In this document: one piece after another, positions 51,383-63,692 of the stretch
How positions within the stretch are numbered: position 1 is the first letter of the stretch
Layout of the letters: every line of letters starts with the position of its first letter
Source of the DNA: Amoebidium appalachense
Taxonomy: Eukaryota; Protista; Ichthyosporea
NCBI GenBank assembly: GCA_963693365.1
Contig: CAVNZM010000013.1
Coordinates: 7,020,713 to 7,084,712 of the forward strand
Direction of reading: 5' to 3'
DNA length: 64,000 nt
Made by a program: the position numbers and the translations under genes
Notes under the pieces: generated by a model
Databases searched by the model: none
What the model saw: only the letters and a program-made list of their open reading frames with translations
What the model was told of the DNA's origin: nothing

Positions 51383-52774
51383 ACGGACCCACAAGTACAC
51401 GCACACTCACAGGCGCACATCCACCACCACACATCCACCACCACCATAATAGAAACTTATTGACCACACTTCCAAAACCCATTTCCAAGTCCCCCCCCCC
51501 CCCCTAAAAAAAAAATAAAAAATAATAAAACAAAACCCTACCAAGCCAACCCAAAAAATGCCCAAGCACGTGCATACAAAACAATGGGGACCATTTACAC
51601 ACCCAAAATGCAGTGCACACTTGCCTGAAGGCACATGTCCAGCGTAACCATTTTTGTCACCAAACGCCGAGAACTTAGCCGCCTGCTCCTCTGGGGGAAG
51701 TTCTGTCAGGCGCTGGTCGTGGGGGCGGAAATCGTTACGCTTTTTGAGTTCATACTTGGTCCAATGCAGCGCCCTCGAGTAATACAGGAGCCGCTGCTCG
51801 TCGTATCGCTGCTTGTGGAGCTCCGAGAGGAGGGTGGCAAAGGCGTTTGGGCCCACACCTTTGTCTGCCAGTGCACGCAACAATGTTACCACCTTTAGGT
51901 CGAGCCCACTGCGGTGGCTAAGGTAGGCCGGAAACTGATCACGCATGAAGAGTGGAAGGCGTTTAATTGTCTGGGGGTTTGTGCCGGCAAAGTTTTTTTT
52001 GCATGTGTCACAAAAGTACCGGGCCGTGATAATGTAGTAGCAGCTGTCAAAGTCGATAACACGCCGTCCTACGGGGTTGCTCATGAACCCATTGCGAGAA
52101 GTACGGTGTGGGTTGGGGTGGTTGTGGGGGTCCACGTAGTGATCATCGAAGGGGCACGGCACCATGAAACCGGGAGACAACCTTTCCGGAAGCCAGGCAA
52201 AACATCTGGGTTTGTAGAAAGGCGCTGGATCGCCCCCAAATTTAAAGCCTATAATGGGAGGTGGAAGATGCCACCCCACAGGCGTCTTCTCATCTTTGAG
52301 ACTCTCTTTCACTGTGTGCAGGTGCGACTTGATTGTTTCGCCCGCCGCGTCAGAAAACTCCTCTCCACCGTCATCCCCGTCCGTATTATCTTCTCCCTCT
52401 TCCTCCCCTTCATCCTCGTCTACCCGGTACGCATCTGCTGCTGCATTTAGCAAAGGTTCCTCGTCGGGTTGCACCTGTATGTCTGGTGGGTGTGGAGCAG
52501 GGGCCCGATCCATTTCTCTTGGTAACGAATGGACGCTACCTGCCTCAACTACACGGGCCCTTATGTCGGCGGCCTTAGATAGAGGGGGCTGTTCGGGTTG
52601 TACGTTTACGTTTAGTTCCTGCAAAACAGCTTTGTTTGCCGTCCCAAAACCTGCAAAGTTCGCTAAAGGCTGAACAAATGCAGCATCTTTTTTTTTGCGC
52701 CCAGCTCCCTCCCTAGCTCCGCCTGTTTTATGCCCAGGGCGCTGTGTTGTGCCCTTAGGGCAGCCTGGCTTCAT
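45886..52774 (-). CDS. DDE transposase-like protein (DUF6729-like N-terminus) with an inserted WRN-like 3'-5' exonuclease, ~1185 aa, 6 exons
   Basis: Exons 51625-52774, 50452-50640, 48615-49445, 47534-48159, 46868-47074, 45886-46440 join into one open frame (3558 nt). Motifs: GGAREGAGRK, CP..H..RYFCDTC, FPAYLSHRSGLD, LKADHTF, FYTDRCC, GLDCEW/GTD/YAALDA, VLNDAFH, RIRRVIP, GKPLF, GCLSDP, RCIRGTNEVEG. Confidence 0.8.
49535..49835. repeat. Degenerate ~40-60-bp C-rich minisatellite in transposase intron 2
   Basis: Recurring AAACCCATGTGCCCACA(T/A)...TTTCCCC core, 6-7 times. Confidence 0.75.
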
Positions 52775-53082
52775 TTTAAACACTTGGGGCCTGGCCCCCT
52801 GCCCCCCTAGTGCGACTACGTTACCGCAAACATTCCCGTATTCCAGTGTGCTCGGCAATGCTGCTCATGGCCTTCCCGGACTGGTGGTTGTGACCAGTAA
52901 AGAGCGCGCCAATTCCTGACCGCCGCCTACAGCAGTGTATGATCTGTTATCCATATTCGGCAAAAGGGGTCTTGCCCAACCAATGGCTTGAATCCTTGTA
53001 ACTTTGCTTTATCCATATAAGGTTAGCTGAACACCCCCCCTCCAATCATACCCCCCCCTTCTCTCTAGTAGTAGCTCCTGGC

Positions 53083-53994
53083 ATGCCGCACCCCCCGTTT
53101 GTTTGCGTTTGCGTGACCACTATCGTCGCGAAAAATGATGATGAAGAATATTCGGCGGGGCAGAAAATTTACACGTGGCCTGGGAGAGACCCAGAGCACG
53201 GTATGATGATGCCTCCCATGGTCATGCACGGGTATGCCGATACAGCCCAAGTGATTCTAGGCGTATACATGAAGCATGACGGAGGAAAAACGGCAATTGT
53301 TTACAGCTCCCAGGATGGTTCTATCATTTTTCAATATGAATTTCAGCGTTCATCCTACTTTAAATGTTTCGTTGCTAACGGGGACACCCTCGTTGCAAGT
53401 GCGCCAGATCATTATTTGTCTGCTTGGAACATCGAAGCAGGTGTGATGCTGTGGGAGCAGGTGACCGGTGAGTTGGTGTACGGATTTCCGCTTCCGGCTC
53501 ACGGCCGTGATGTGTTCATGTTGTCCATCGGAGACGGGTCTGTTGTGTGCGACCTGGCTACTGGCAGAGAGATTTATAGGGTCAAAGTCAGAGACCAGAG
53601 AGTTACGAGCTGTTTTATTGGTATGAAACTGTGTACGCTCACTGACGATAGCAGCGCAGTGATCTTTGAGTCGTGGGATGAACATGGCGCAGTGCTTGTG
53701 CCCCCAACTAGATTGGCATATGAGGGCACCTTTTCAGGCATGTGTGGTGAGGATATATTTGCAACCACAACGGACCTGGGCCTACGGTTGTATCCGATAA
53801 CGTTCTCTGCACCTAACACGGTAGAAGTGAAAGAGTCAATGGAGTTAAGGCTGGGTGATGGGTTGTGGTGGAGGTGTCTTGATTTAGTGAAGGTGGCGCC
53901 GGGAGGGGCCATAGCGACTATAGGACGTTATGGTGGCAAGATCAGGGTGTTCACCGTGCAGAGTGAGAAATCCAGAAAGAGAAGGAGAGTCTAG
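53083..53994 (+). CDS. Intronless 303-aa beta-propeller-like protein with a basic C-terminal tail
   Basis: Long non-repetitive ORF. Beta-rich blade-like segments (DHYLSAWNIEAGVMLWE, SVVCDLATGREIYR, GGKIRVF) and an NLS-like KSRKRRRV. The frame is open upstream to 53002. Confidence 0.7.
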   Translation: MPHPPFVCVCVTTIVAKNDDEEYSAGQKIYTWPGRDPEHGMMMPPMVMHGYADTAQVILGVYMKHDGGKTAIVYSSQDGSIIFQYEFQRSSYFKCFVANGDTLVASAPDHYLSAWNIEAGVMLWEQVTGELVYGFPLPAHGRDVFMLSIGDGSVVCDLATGREIYRVKVRDQRVTSCFIGMKLCTLTDDSSAVIFESWDEHGAVLVPPTRLAYEGTFSGMCGEDIFATTTDLGLRLYPITFSAPNTVEVKESMELRLGDGLWWRCLDLVKVAPGGAIATIGRYGGKIRVFTVQSEKSRKRRRV

Positions 53995-54887
53995 CAGTAT
54001 CCATGCATGTGTGTCATGCCCCTCGTGTATGTTAATAACCCTTGGATTCAGCTCTTAAAGGTATAACTGATCATGATACGCGCGGTGTATTTGTACACAA
54101 ACCCAACACTTTCTTTAGTAAATTACCATATATGGTGATGTGGATGTATGATGAGTTTTATATAGATAAATGGAGCATTCTAGTAGCCCCCCTGTTCTAG
54201 CGTGCAGGAAGGGCCGCAGTGTATTGGTATGCAATTGTAATATTAAAATGATGTATAAATGCGCAATGGGCCACTGTATTGTTTTGTGTCAAGTTTATGT
54301 GAGAAATATGATTGGGTAGAGTTTACTAATAAGATCTGCATGCTATTGACATTGTTCACAGTGCTCTTATAAGGTTTTTTATGATACTGATATGTAAATA
54401 TAGTGTAATACTTACCTTCAAAAGAACTGGTTTTTATACCTTCGAAGCATAAGCTGCAAATGTGTGTGTCACATGAGCACGTACGGATATCGATGCGAAT
54501 GGGGCCAAGTCTTTGTTTTAGACCAATCACTTCCGAGAAAGGTACTACCATGGATATCGATGGTAAGGCATTTAAATTTGTGTGTTTATTGCATTAAGTG
54601 GCTGTTAAGGTGCATGTTCATGTGCTGCATATTCCACAAAGCAGTTTAGCAGGTAAACCATATTATTGTGTTTTCTTTGCAACCTGCAATTTCACTGATA
54701 ATTGATATGGTTTTAACTGAGGCCGCCATGATAGGAATACCCCTCCGAGATAAATGTTTTAGCTTTCTTGGCAGCTTCTAGGGGGCAACAAGTTACCATG
54801 ATGCCAGTCAATACAGTATACGTCGACGTCACATGATATAAACGATCGATATATGAGGGAAAAGTCACTGTATATAGTGTTTGTTCA

Positions 54888-54922
<35 letters not shown>

Positions 54923-55340
54923 TTCCCCCGGGAAGCCCGCTCGGCCCACCCACCTGTCCAGGCCGGCCATTGCTAATGCCGCCGCCGCACGTGGCTTAAT
55001 GCCCCATGCTCGAGAGCATTTGTTCCGGGACTGTGCCCGTGGTACGGGTATTTCTTCACGACGTCGATCCGGGACTCGAGTGGTTGTGTCTAGCTGCACC
55101 AATTAGCCTTCACCTATAGTATCTTTCGCCTATGCATGGAATCTTCGGGATTCGCTCATATGATCATCTGCCCTATGACCCTGTTTCGAATCGATATCCG
55201 CACCATCATGATCATCATGGATAATGGCCTACGCGTCTGATAGTGAATTTTTACGAGCACCCCATATGAGCTCTCTTGACTGCCCTCCCTCCCCTTCCCC
55301 CCCATTTCTTTTCCCAGCCGACCCCATGCCCCAGCTGCAG

Positions 55341-55377
<37 letters not shown>

Positions 55378-56444
55378 CGCCAGCCTAAACCCCCCCCCCC
55401 CCCTCCGTGTAGTTATATAGACACACACACATGTACACTAACACAAACACACCCACCCACGGGGTTTACACTGTTTACTCGAGGTATACAGAGAGACCAG
55501 TCTCAGGTATGCGGGGGCCAGTCTCACCCACCCACCCACCCACCCACCCACCCACCCACCCACCCACCCACCCACACACACACGACATTGCGCACACCGC
55601 AACCACCACTGAACACCCGGAATCCGACCCTTCAACCTAAACTCCTGCATGGTGTTGCAATCTGAAATCAAATACATGCCTATCGGAAAGCTGCTGAATG
55701 GATACGCAGGAGGAAGTGTAATTACTGTAAGAGAGGGGGGGGGGGACACGTGGGTGGTTGTTCGGCTGACCGGCAAATCCACACACACACGAGCATCTGC
55801 ATCCACACGCTCGCGCGCGCACGCGCGCACACTCACACATACATCGGAGGGGGGGAGGAGGGAAAGGTGGGGATCGAAAGGAGGGCCTGGTTTGAACACC
55901 TGCAAATGGCACGAGTATTTTATTTGCCCTTTCAGACTGCATGTATGTGGTATTTACAGTGTGGCTACGTACCAAAGCTGCACACACAGGCAAAAGGGTG
56001 CTTGCAGCCTGGAGTATTCAGAGATAAAACTAACACGCTGCCTCAGAAAATGATGGTCTAACACACCCGACACCTACCTCCCTACATAGCCACTATTAAA
56101 ACCCCATGACTCCAAAACAAGCGCAAGCACAGACATCGTTACTAACGCTAACAAACAAAACCTGTATTTCAAAATCTGCTTACTAATAAAACAGGCATCA
56201 AAGTTCAAATAATTTGAACACAAGGATTACTGATGAGATAAAATATCCAACGGATATGCATAAATTGCATAATAAAGAGATTCTCATACTCGTGCGGTGC
56301 TTAAAGCACTCAGCACATCCCCCCCCCCCCCCCCCCCCCCCCCTTTGGGTAAGTCCCTATATGGCGCTCCTTTAAACCCACAAACGCCAACCCCAACCTC
56401 ACAACACGCCCCCACCACCACCCTCTCAACGACTCGATTTTCTT

Positions 56445-57037
56445 TTAAGGGCCGGAGGAATAGAACTTTTTATTAAGGAAGTGGATCATGAGGTTCACGT
56501 TGATTTTAATGGGCTTGATGGTGTGCACCTTAACGCCATCGTATTGCAGTTGCAGCAAATCGCTCAGTTGCAATTCCATCTCATCTTCCTTCCTGCCACC
56601 CACATAGCCTTGGATTTGGAACACACCAACCTCTGTCGACGAAATCACAAACGTGATAGTACCGAACCTGTGGGGGTAGGAAATGGAGGTGAGCTTTGGT
56701 TCGGCTGGTAGAAGGGAGAGATAGAACGAGGGATGAAAAACAGTGCTCGTGCGTGTGCATGCGTGTGTGCGTGCACGCAATGAGTGAGTGAGTTAGGTAG
56801 GTGAGTGAGTGAGTTGAGTGAGTGCATGTGCGGACGTGGGTCTAAGAGCACAAACACAGGACCAAGGAAAGGGGCAAAGTGGGGCATGAATATGCACGTC
56901 ATGATCAACAAATGTGCACCTTAAATACGAGCACGTCAAAACAAAGAAGGACCTACACACAATAGGGGCTGGTTGTCGGTGGTGGTGGTGCTGTTTGTGT
57001 GTGCGTGCATGTGTGCGTGCGTGCGTGCGTGCGTCCT

Positions 57038-57073
<36 letters not shown>

Positions 57074-58233
57074 TGTTTGAGTGAGTGAGTGAGTGAGTGT
57101 GTGTGTGTGTATGTGTGTACATATTCGCCTGTGTGTTTGCACGATGGTGTACGCGCAAGCATGCGTGTCTATGCGTCCGTGGGCACACGTGTGTGCATGT
57201 GTTTTGTATTGTCTTTGTGTACGAATTTATGTGTGTGTTTGTGCATACATAGCCGTGTTGACGCCCTCGATGCCAATCAGCACGCCCTCCTTGTAGAGCT
57301 TTTTGGCCGACACCTTGTGGGAGCCAAACTGGGCATTGGCTGGCTTCTGTGACTTCATGCTCAACATCGACTTGAGCGGCTTCTTCCTGCAAAGGTAAAT
57401 GTGTGTTGGCATTTAACCCCTAAACATGCATCCATCCATCCATTTTCGTTTTGGCGCGCGCGCGCGCGCATGCATGCATGCGTGCGTGCGTGCGTGCGTG
57501 CGTGCCTGTGTGCCTGTGTGTGTGTGTGTGTGTGTGTGTGAGTGAGTGTGTGTGTGTGTGTGGCATGTGCCCAATTTATGGGAAATGAAGATTGCGCCAC
57601 GTATGGGCAAAGACAATAAATGATCGTAAGTCTATATAGTAGAGGTTACATCATGCTGATGCCACACTGCGAAATGCACGACGTTGACCTTCAAACCGGT
57701 TGAGACGAAGACAGGATATAACTCACGTATCTGTGTTAAAAACTAAACCTCAGAACAATACGTGGGAATGGTATAAAAACAAAGCTAAAGACGAAAGAAC
57801 ACCTACTAGTGGCATGACAGAAAGGAGAGGAACATACATGTGGGATGGTAAAACGTAAAGAAAAAAGCAAACAGGAGAAGCCAGCACACATGGTTGTACT
57901 GGTAAACGGAAAAAGAAGAAGCAGACACGTGTTAAAACAGGAACACGCAACAAAAAAAGCAAAGAAAAAGAAGGAAAAACACGGCGATAATGCTCATGTC
58001 AAACAAACGAACAACGAACACGTACGGCTTCTGCCCGGCGTTCATCTTCTCCATGCATATCTTGAGGTAGCTCTGGTAGTAGCTGATCTGCTCGTCGTAG
58101 TAGCCGTGCTTCTCTCTGAGGCTGGCTAGGGTGGCCTGCAGCTTTTCGATCTCCTTCTTTCTCTGCTTGCGCTGCACCGCCTGGTTCTGAATGTCCTGTA
58201 GGGGCAATAGTGTGAGTGTGTGTGGAAGTGTGT

Positions 58234-58270
<37 letters not shown>

Positions 58271-58522
58271 AATCTTGTAGTGTGCTTGTGGTTTGTTAAT
58301 GGGTGTTTGTTTGTGCTGTGTGCTTTGTTGCGGTTCTTCATGTTTCGTGAAATGAGGTATGGCGAGCGTGGATCTGTTGCATTTCCGAGTGTTCGTGTTT
58401 TGCTTCTGGATGCCCCCCAAAAAAGGAAAGAAAGAGGAAAAACCAAGAAAGACACACTCACAGGTACTCAAACACAAACACAATCAGAAGAAAAGCAAAG
58501 CACAAATATGAACAAGAACATC

Positions 58523-58554
<32 letters not shown>

Positions 58555-59197
58555 TTTGGGCGACGCGGACACACAGACACGGACCTTTGCAATGGCATTG
58601 AGTAGCTCCTGGTATGCCGATGCCTTAGTGACCAGGCCGGCCTTTTCCAGAATGTCGCAGTCGGCTGCAATGATCTTCTTGATGTCCTCAAGCGTGCCCC
58701 TGCACCGTGCACATGCATGAGCTACAGATGAACACATGCACATGCACATGCACACACACACATACACACACACACACATGATGAACACGCACACGTCCTC
58801 CCCCCTCCCCCCCCCCCACCCCCACCCCTCTCTCTCTCCCCCATCCCCCCCTCCCTTTCCGTCCTCTGAGATGCATGTAACACGGGGCACTAAGCCCACC
58901 ATTCACACATACTTCATGGCCGCGCATGCAAACAGGAGAATAGAGGTCAGTATGCATGCCTGTATGTGCGTGTGGCATGTATGACTATACGTGTGGCTGT
59001 GCTCGTGTGCGCACGCGCACGTGTCAGTGTCAGTGTGCTCGGTTATGTGCATGTGCGTGGGTGCATGTGCATGTGCACGTACATGGACTGCTCCAGCATG
59101 AGTGCGATGCCCTCGGTGGTCTTGCTGGACTCCTGCCCGGCATTCTGCAGCTTCTCCCTCAGCTGCTTGAGCACCTGCACATGCACAGTCAGCATGT

Positions 59198-59248
<51 letters not shown>

Positions 59249-59303
59249 TCCAATCCCCGATTCCCACTCGTCCCCCCCCCCCCCCCTCCCCTCCCCCCCC
59301 CCC

Positions 59304-59338
<35 letters not shown>

Positions 59339-59862
59339 ACCCAAACAAATCAATTAATAAACAGTCAATACACAAACAAGTACATAATAAACAGCGAAAA
59401 TATGTGTACCTCTACGTGTTTCTGGTGGGCGGCCTCCTGCTCTGGGGTGGCCTGATTAGCCAGGATGGCCAGCAGGTCCTTGCCGGGCTGGCACTGAATC
59501 ACCTGCACTACTAGCCCCTGCATGCACAGTGTCAGTGCGTGAAAGGCATAGCCACACACAGGCACACACAGGAACCTACATGCACAAGCATGTAGAGACA
59601 GCCACATGCAGAAACACACGTGGACAAGCATGCCCAACACACCTGCATCACTTGACCCTGCACACGCAGTCAGTGTGCACCCTAAGGTAGGAAGCAGGCC
59701 CGTGTTTGTTGTAACAAGCACGTGGACACATGCACACGTGCCCCTACCACATGCTCATAAGGTTACTCCTCTCCTTCCCTCTTCCCCATCCCATACACAT
59801 GCAAACGCACACACCCCTACTACGCAACCAAAAGCCTCCCTCCCCAAACAACACACACACAC

Positions 59863-59939
<77 letters not shown>

Positions 59940-60543
59940 CACACACAGGCACACACACAGGCACAAATACACACAAGCCAACATCTGTGTCCTTTGACCT
60001 GTGCCTGTGAGAATAAAATGTGACCTGCAAGTGTATGTGTGTGCATGCACGCTCGACCGTGTGTCTGACCCAATCTTTCCTCTCTGGTTTAAAAGCACAC
60101 GGCCAAGATGCACACATCTACATTTCACACTCCAACATATCCCCCCTCCCCCTGTACCCTCTGTGTATGTGTGTGTGTTTGTGTGTGTGTGTTTGTGTGT
60201 ATTTCCACCCCACACACCTTCGTTTTGACAAAGAGGGCGCGTGCCCTAGCAGCGTCCTGGCCGGGCAGGCTGAGCTTGGGGTTGAGTGTGAGCATGATCT
60301 CACCCTCACCCATGAATGAACTCATCGACGGCACACTGCCGATGGGCCCAGACTGCGTCACGTTGCCTCCAATGTCCCCCTGTGTGGGTGTGTGGGTGTG
60401 TGCGTGTGTGTGTGTGTGTGAAATAGATCAATGGAAGTGAGATATGGGGAGGCAAGGGTTTCGACGGGGCTCAGTATGTGAAAGGTGTATGGCTAAACTG
60501 CTTAAAGGGGGGTTTGACATTAGAGAAAGAGAGAGGGAGGGGG

Positions 60544-60579
<36 letters not shown>

Positions 60580-60974
60580 ACACACCCACCCACACACACA
60601 CACACACAGGGGACAACCAGCTCAAAACCATTTCTTGTGCACCCCCCCCCCCCCCCCCCCCCCCTTACACACACGCGCGCACATAACAAAAAGGGGGGCC
60701 TGTCACACACCACCTCCCTCATTCCTCCTACCTATCTCCCCCCCTTTCCATGGGCAGCCCTAGGATCTACGTCGGCTTTTTCGGCGAGAGGTCAACATGA
60801 CATAAACACGTTCAGATGTTCTGACATGATGAGGCTCAAGAGAAAGTGCTTGATAGTCACACCAAGGAAACCTAGGGAGTTGCCAACATAGACATAGATA
60901 GGATAAACTCACCACGAGCCTCTTGGCCTGGTCGGGGAGGTCACCAAGGTCGGCCAGAATCTGCCGCAGGGGGT

Positions 60975-61024
<50 letters not shown>

Positions 61025-61081
61025 GGGGGGGATGACGGTTAGGAGGCTCATTCCAAAGAACCCTTAAAGGGAGGGGAAGGA

Positions 61082-61114
<33 letters not shown>

Positions 61115-61901
61115 GGAAGAATACATGACCATTTGCTGTCAGAGTGGTTGGTGGTGCCGTTCTAGGACCCAACCGAGACGACTGTGGCCAAGTATTCAGA
61201 GAACGAACATGTGCATGGGGTGTGTGTACTGCTCAAGCATGTTTGCCTGTGTGTTTGTACGGTCATATGCACCCAAGAACAAACAACTAAAGTCGTCCGA
61301 ATGGCTCTGATATGCGAAACACTGTGGTTCTCTGTGGTGAGGTGAGCAAGTGCGAAACCCGATATTGAAAATGAGAGTGAGAGACAGGGGAACAGAGAGA
61401 GGGAAGCAGTCAGACACAGAGAGACAGACAGACATGTATATATAGATATATGCATACCTCTGGGGAGGTGCATATCTCATCGACGTGCAGCTTGAGGAAA
61501 GCATGTGTGGTGTAGATCTCCTTGCCGCTGATGTAGATGACTGGCTTGTTGAGCAGCGTCAGGTCCGAATACTGGTCGATGTTGAAGTGCTCTTCGGGCT
61601 GCACCGTCGTCGATGCCTGTGGGGATATTGTGGGATCAGGGATGGGGAAGAAAAAAAAAAGGGGGGGGGGGGGGGGAGGGGGGGGGGGGGGGGGGGTTGT
61701 TCAGAGTGGGAAAGCGGAAATCAATGGGTGCGCACGTGTGTGTGTGTGTGGGGGGGGAGGGTAGTCTTTACCTTGATGAAGAAGTCCTTTATTTTTGTGT
61801 ATGAGCGTGCAATGTACTTGTTCAGCTCCTCAAGGTGCGGCTGCTCGGCCTCATCAAACCGCTTGTTGGATGCTATCAGCTGCAGGATCTTGGAGATCTC
61901 G

Positions 61902-61955
<54 letters not shown>

Positions 61956-62077
61956 AGCTGTTACTGCCGCCAGAACCCATTACATACATAACAAGAAACA
62001 CGTCGGAGGAAAACACCTATGTTGATACCGGTTGTTACATGACACAACGTGCAGGCCACAAACGTTCGATTAGTGAG

Positions 62078-62110
<33 letters not shown>

Positions 62111-62459
62111 TCTCTGTCTCCCTCTTCAAAAACAAAAACAAAAACAAAAACAAAAACAAAAACAAAAACAAAAAACGATAATCACCCACCCAGTGCCGGG
62201 AAATAACCCCCATCCCACCCAAAATAATTCTTTGCACATACCCAGGTTTCTGCGTTGCTCCGGAGAAATCAAACTTGACGCTCGATGCCTCGATCACATC
62301 AAATGCATCGGGCGACACAATGGCCGGATTCATGTATCTGTACCACACCCAATGAGTTTGCAGCATGCATACCCATATGAGGAAAAAATGCAGGCCTTTC
62401 CATAGGCTAGATAAAACACAACTATTTGTCAACAAGGCCGGTGGCTTTCCAATTTTCAG

Positions 62460-62493
<34 letters not shown>

Positions 62494-62832
62494 AGGCACA
62501 TTGCAGTGAAACAAAGTATACACACGCTGTGCAACACAATGCAGAATCTGCAAACAAGGGCACACCATTGATTATACGTATAATCCCATCCTGCTCAAGG
62601 GTCCAAGGGGGGCCCAGTCATCCACAGTACCCGAGTATCGACTCCTCACCTCGCATGCGAACCCCAACCTAATATTAGAGACCACTTCACTTGAAAACGT
62701 TGGGTCGCATGTCTTGATGAAAGACGTGCAGGGACACTTATAAATAGCGCTGCAGCAGTAAGCATCAAGCAAGAAAAACGGGCTGGGCGTGTTGTGTGTG
62801 TGCGTGTGTGTGCGTATGTGTCTGTGTTTAAG

Positions 62833-62870
<38 letters not shown>

Positions 62871-63099
62871 GGTATATTATTAACCTGAAGAAGATGAGGT
62901 TTCCGATGACCTTCACAATGTCGTCACTAGGTGCCGATGGGAACTTCTTAGTCAGCAGTGTGCGCATGTCCATGGCAATGGCCCGAATGCCGTAAGGAAG
63001 TTTGTCGGTGGATCCACAGATGGCACCAAGGAATCTGGTGGTGTGTGGCATTGAAATTGATGGTTAGAGGTGTGAGCGAGTAAGTGTGAGTGAGTGAGC

Positions 63100-63182
<83 letters not shown>

Positions 63183-63228
63183 CGCGCGTGCGCGTGTGTG
63201 TAGGCTGTGCCTCTGCTTGTGTGTGTGT

Positions 63229-63270
<42 letters not shown>

Positions 63271-63692
63271 CTCACGTGCTTACATGCAATTTCTGTGCGG
63301 GTGGGTATCCAGGATGTGTACAAACGTAGGTGCCTGTATCTGAAAATCCTCGGAGCAAATACTATGGGAAATGCTATGAAAAGCATACCAGCTGTTCCCT
63401 CTCTCTTTCACACACACACTCCCCCTCCCCCAACCCCCCCCCACCCCACACGCACACACGTCCCCTCCCTCTCCCTCTCCCTCTCTCCCCGCACGTCATG
63501 CCTGTCTTTGCGCATCCATGCCCATGCAAGGACCCTACTTATCCGTGATGGCCATGATGTTCTGCAGGCGCTCATCGAATGTCTTCTTGACCACCTCGTG
63601 CTTGAGCGCTTCGGGCACAGGCACGTCGTACGGCAGCTCCGACGGCTTGCCGGTCTCCACCTCCGTCTGCGAGATCCACTTCTTGTAGATGT
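56445..63692 (-). CDS. IQGAP: IQGAP-like scaffold, 3' portion (GAP-related domain and RasGAP C-terminal domain); continues beyond the window
   Basis: Exons 63539-63692, 62885-63034, 62242-62337, 61772-61902, 61458-61616, 60913-60975, 60218-60379, 59410-59517, 59083-59174, 58585-58699, 58026-58195, 57249-57386, 56445-56667. Motifs IYKKWISQTE, LPYGIR, VIGNLIFFRYMNPAIVSPDAFD, QRRNLG, PEEHFNIDQYSD, YQELLNAIAKDI, LYKEGVL, DLLQLQYDG, NVNLMIHFLNKKFY. A further donor (GTGAGT) lies at the window edge. Confidence 0.92.

Larger units (their letters stand above)
45883..53067 (-). mobile_element. Putative DNA transposon carrying the exonuclease-transposase gene; 3' end apparently truncated
   Basis: Transposase-like gene wedged antisense between the BTB and propeller ORFs. 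No clear TIR pair or TSD was found, so the boundaries are inferred. Confidence 0.5.

Noticed and set aside
52775-52858. Transposase start at the TTG called in the ORF track
   Set aside because: This is a eukaryotic gene; the first in-frame ATG is at 52774, directly before the basic GGAREGAGRK region.
45012-53074. TACTAG plus G-run segment at 45012-45100 as a TIR partner of 53020-53070
   Set aside because: The similarity is confined to low-complexity G/C runs, with no convincing alignment or TSD.
45277-54211. GTGCAGGAAG direct repeat as the TSD of a 9-kb element carrying BTB, transposase and propeller
   Set aside because: No inverted repeats lie inside these two sites, and a 10-mer match is plausible by chance given the search space.
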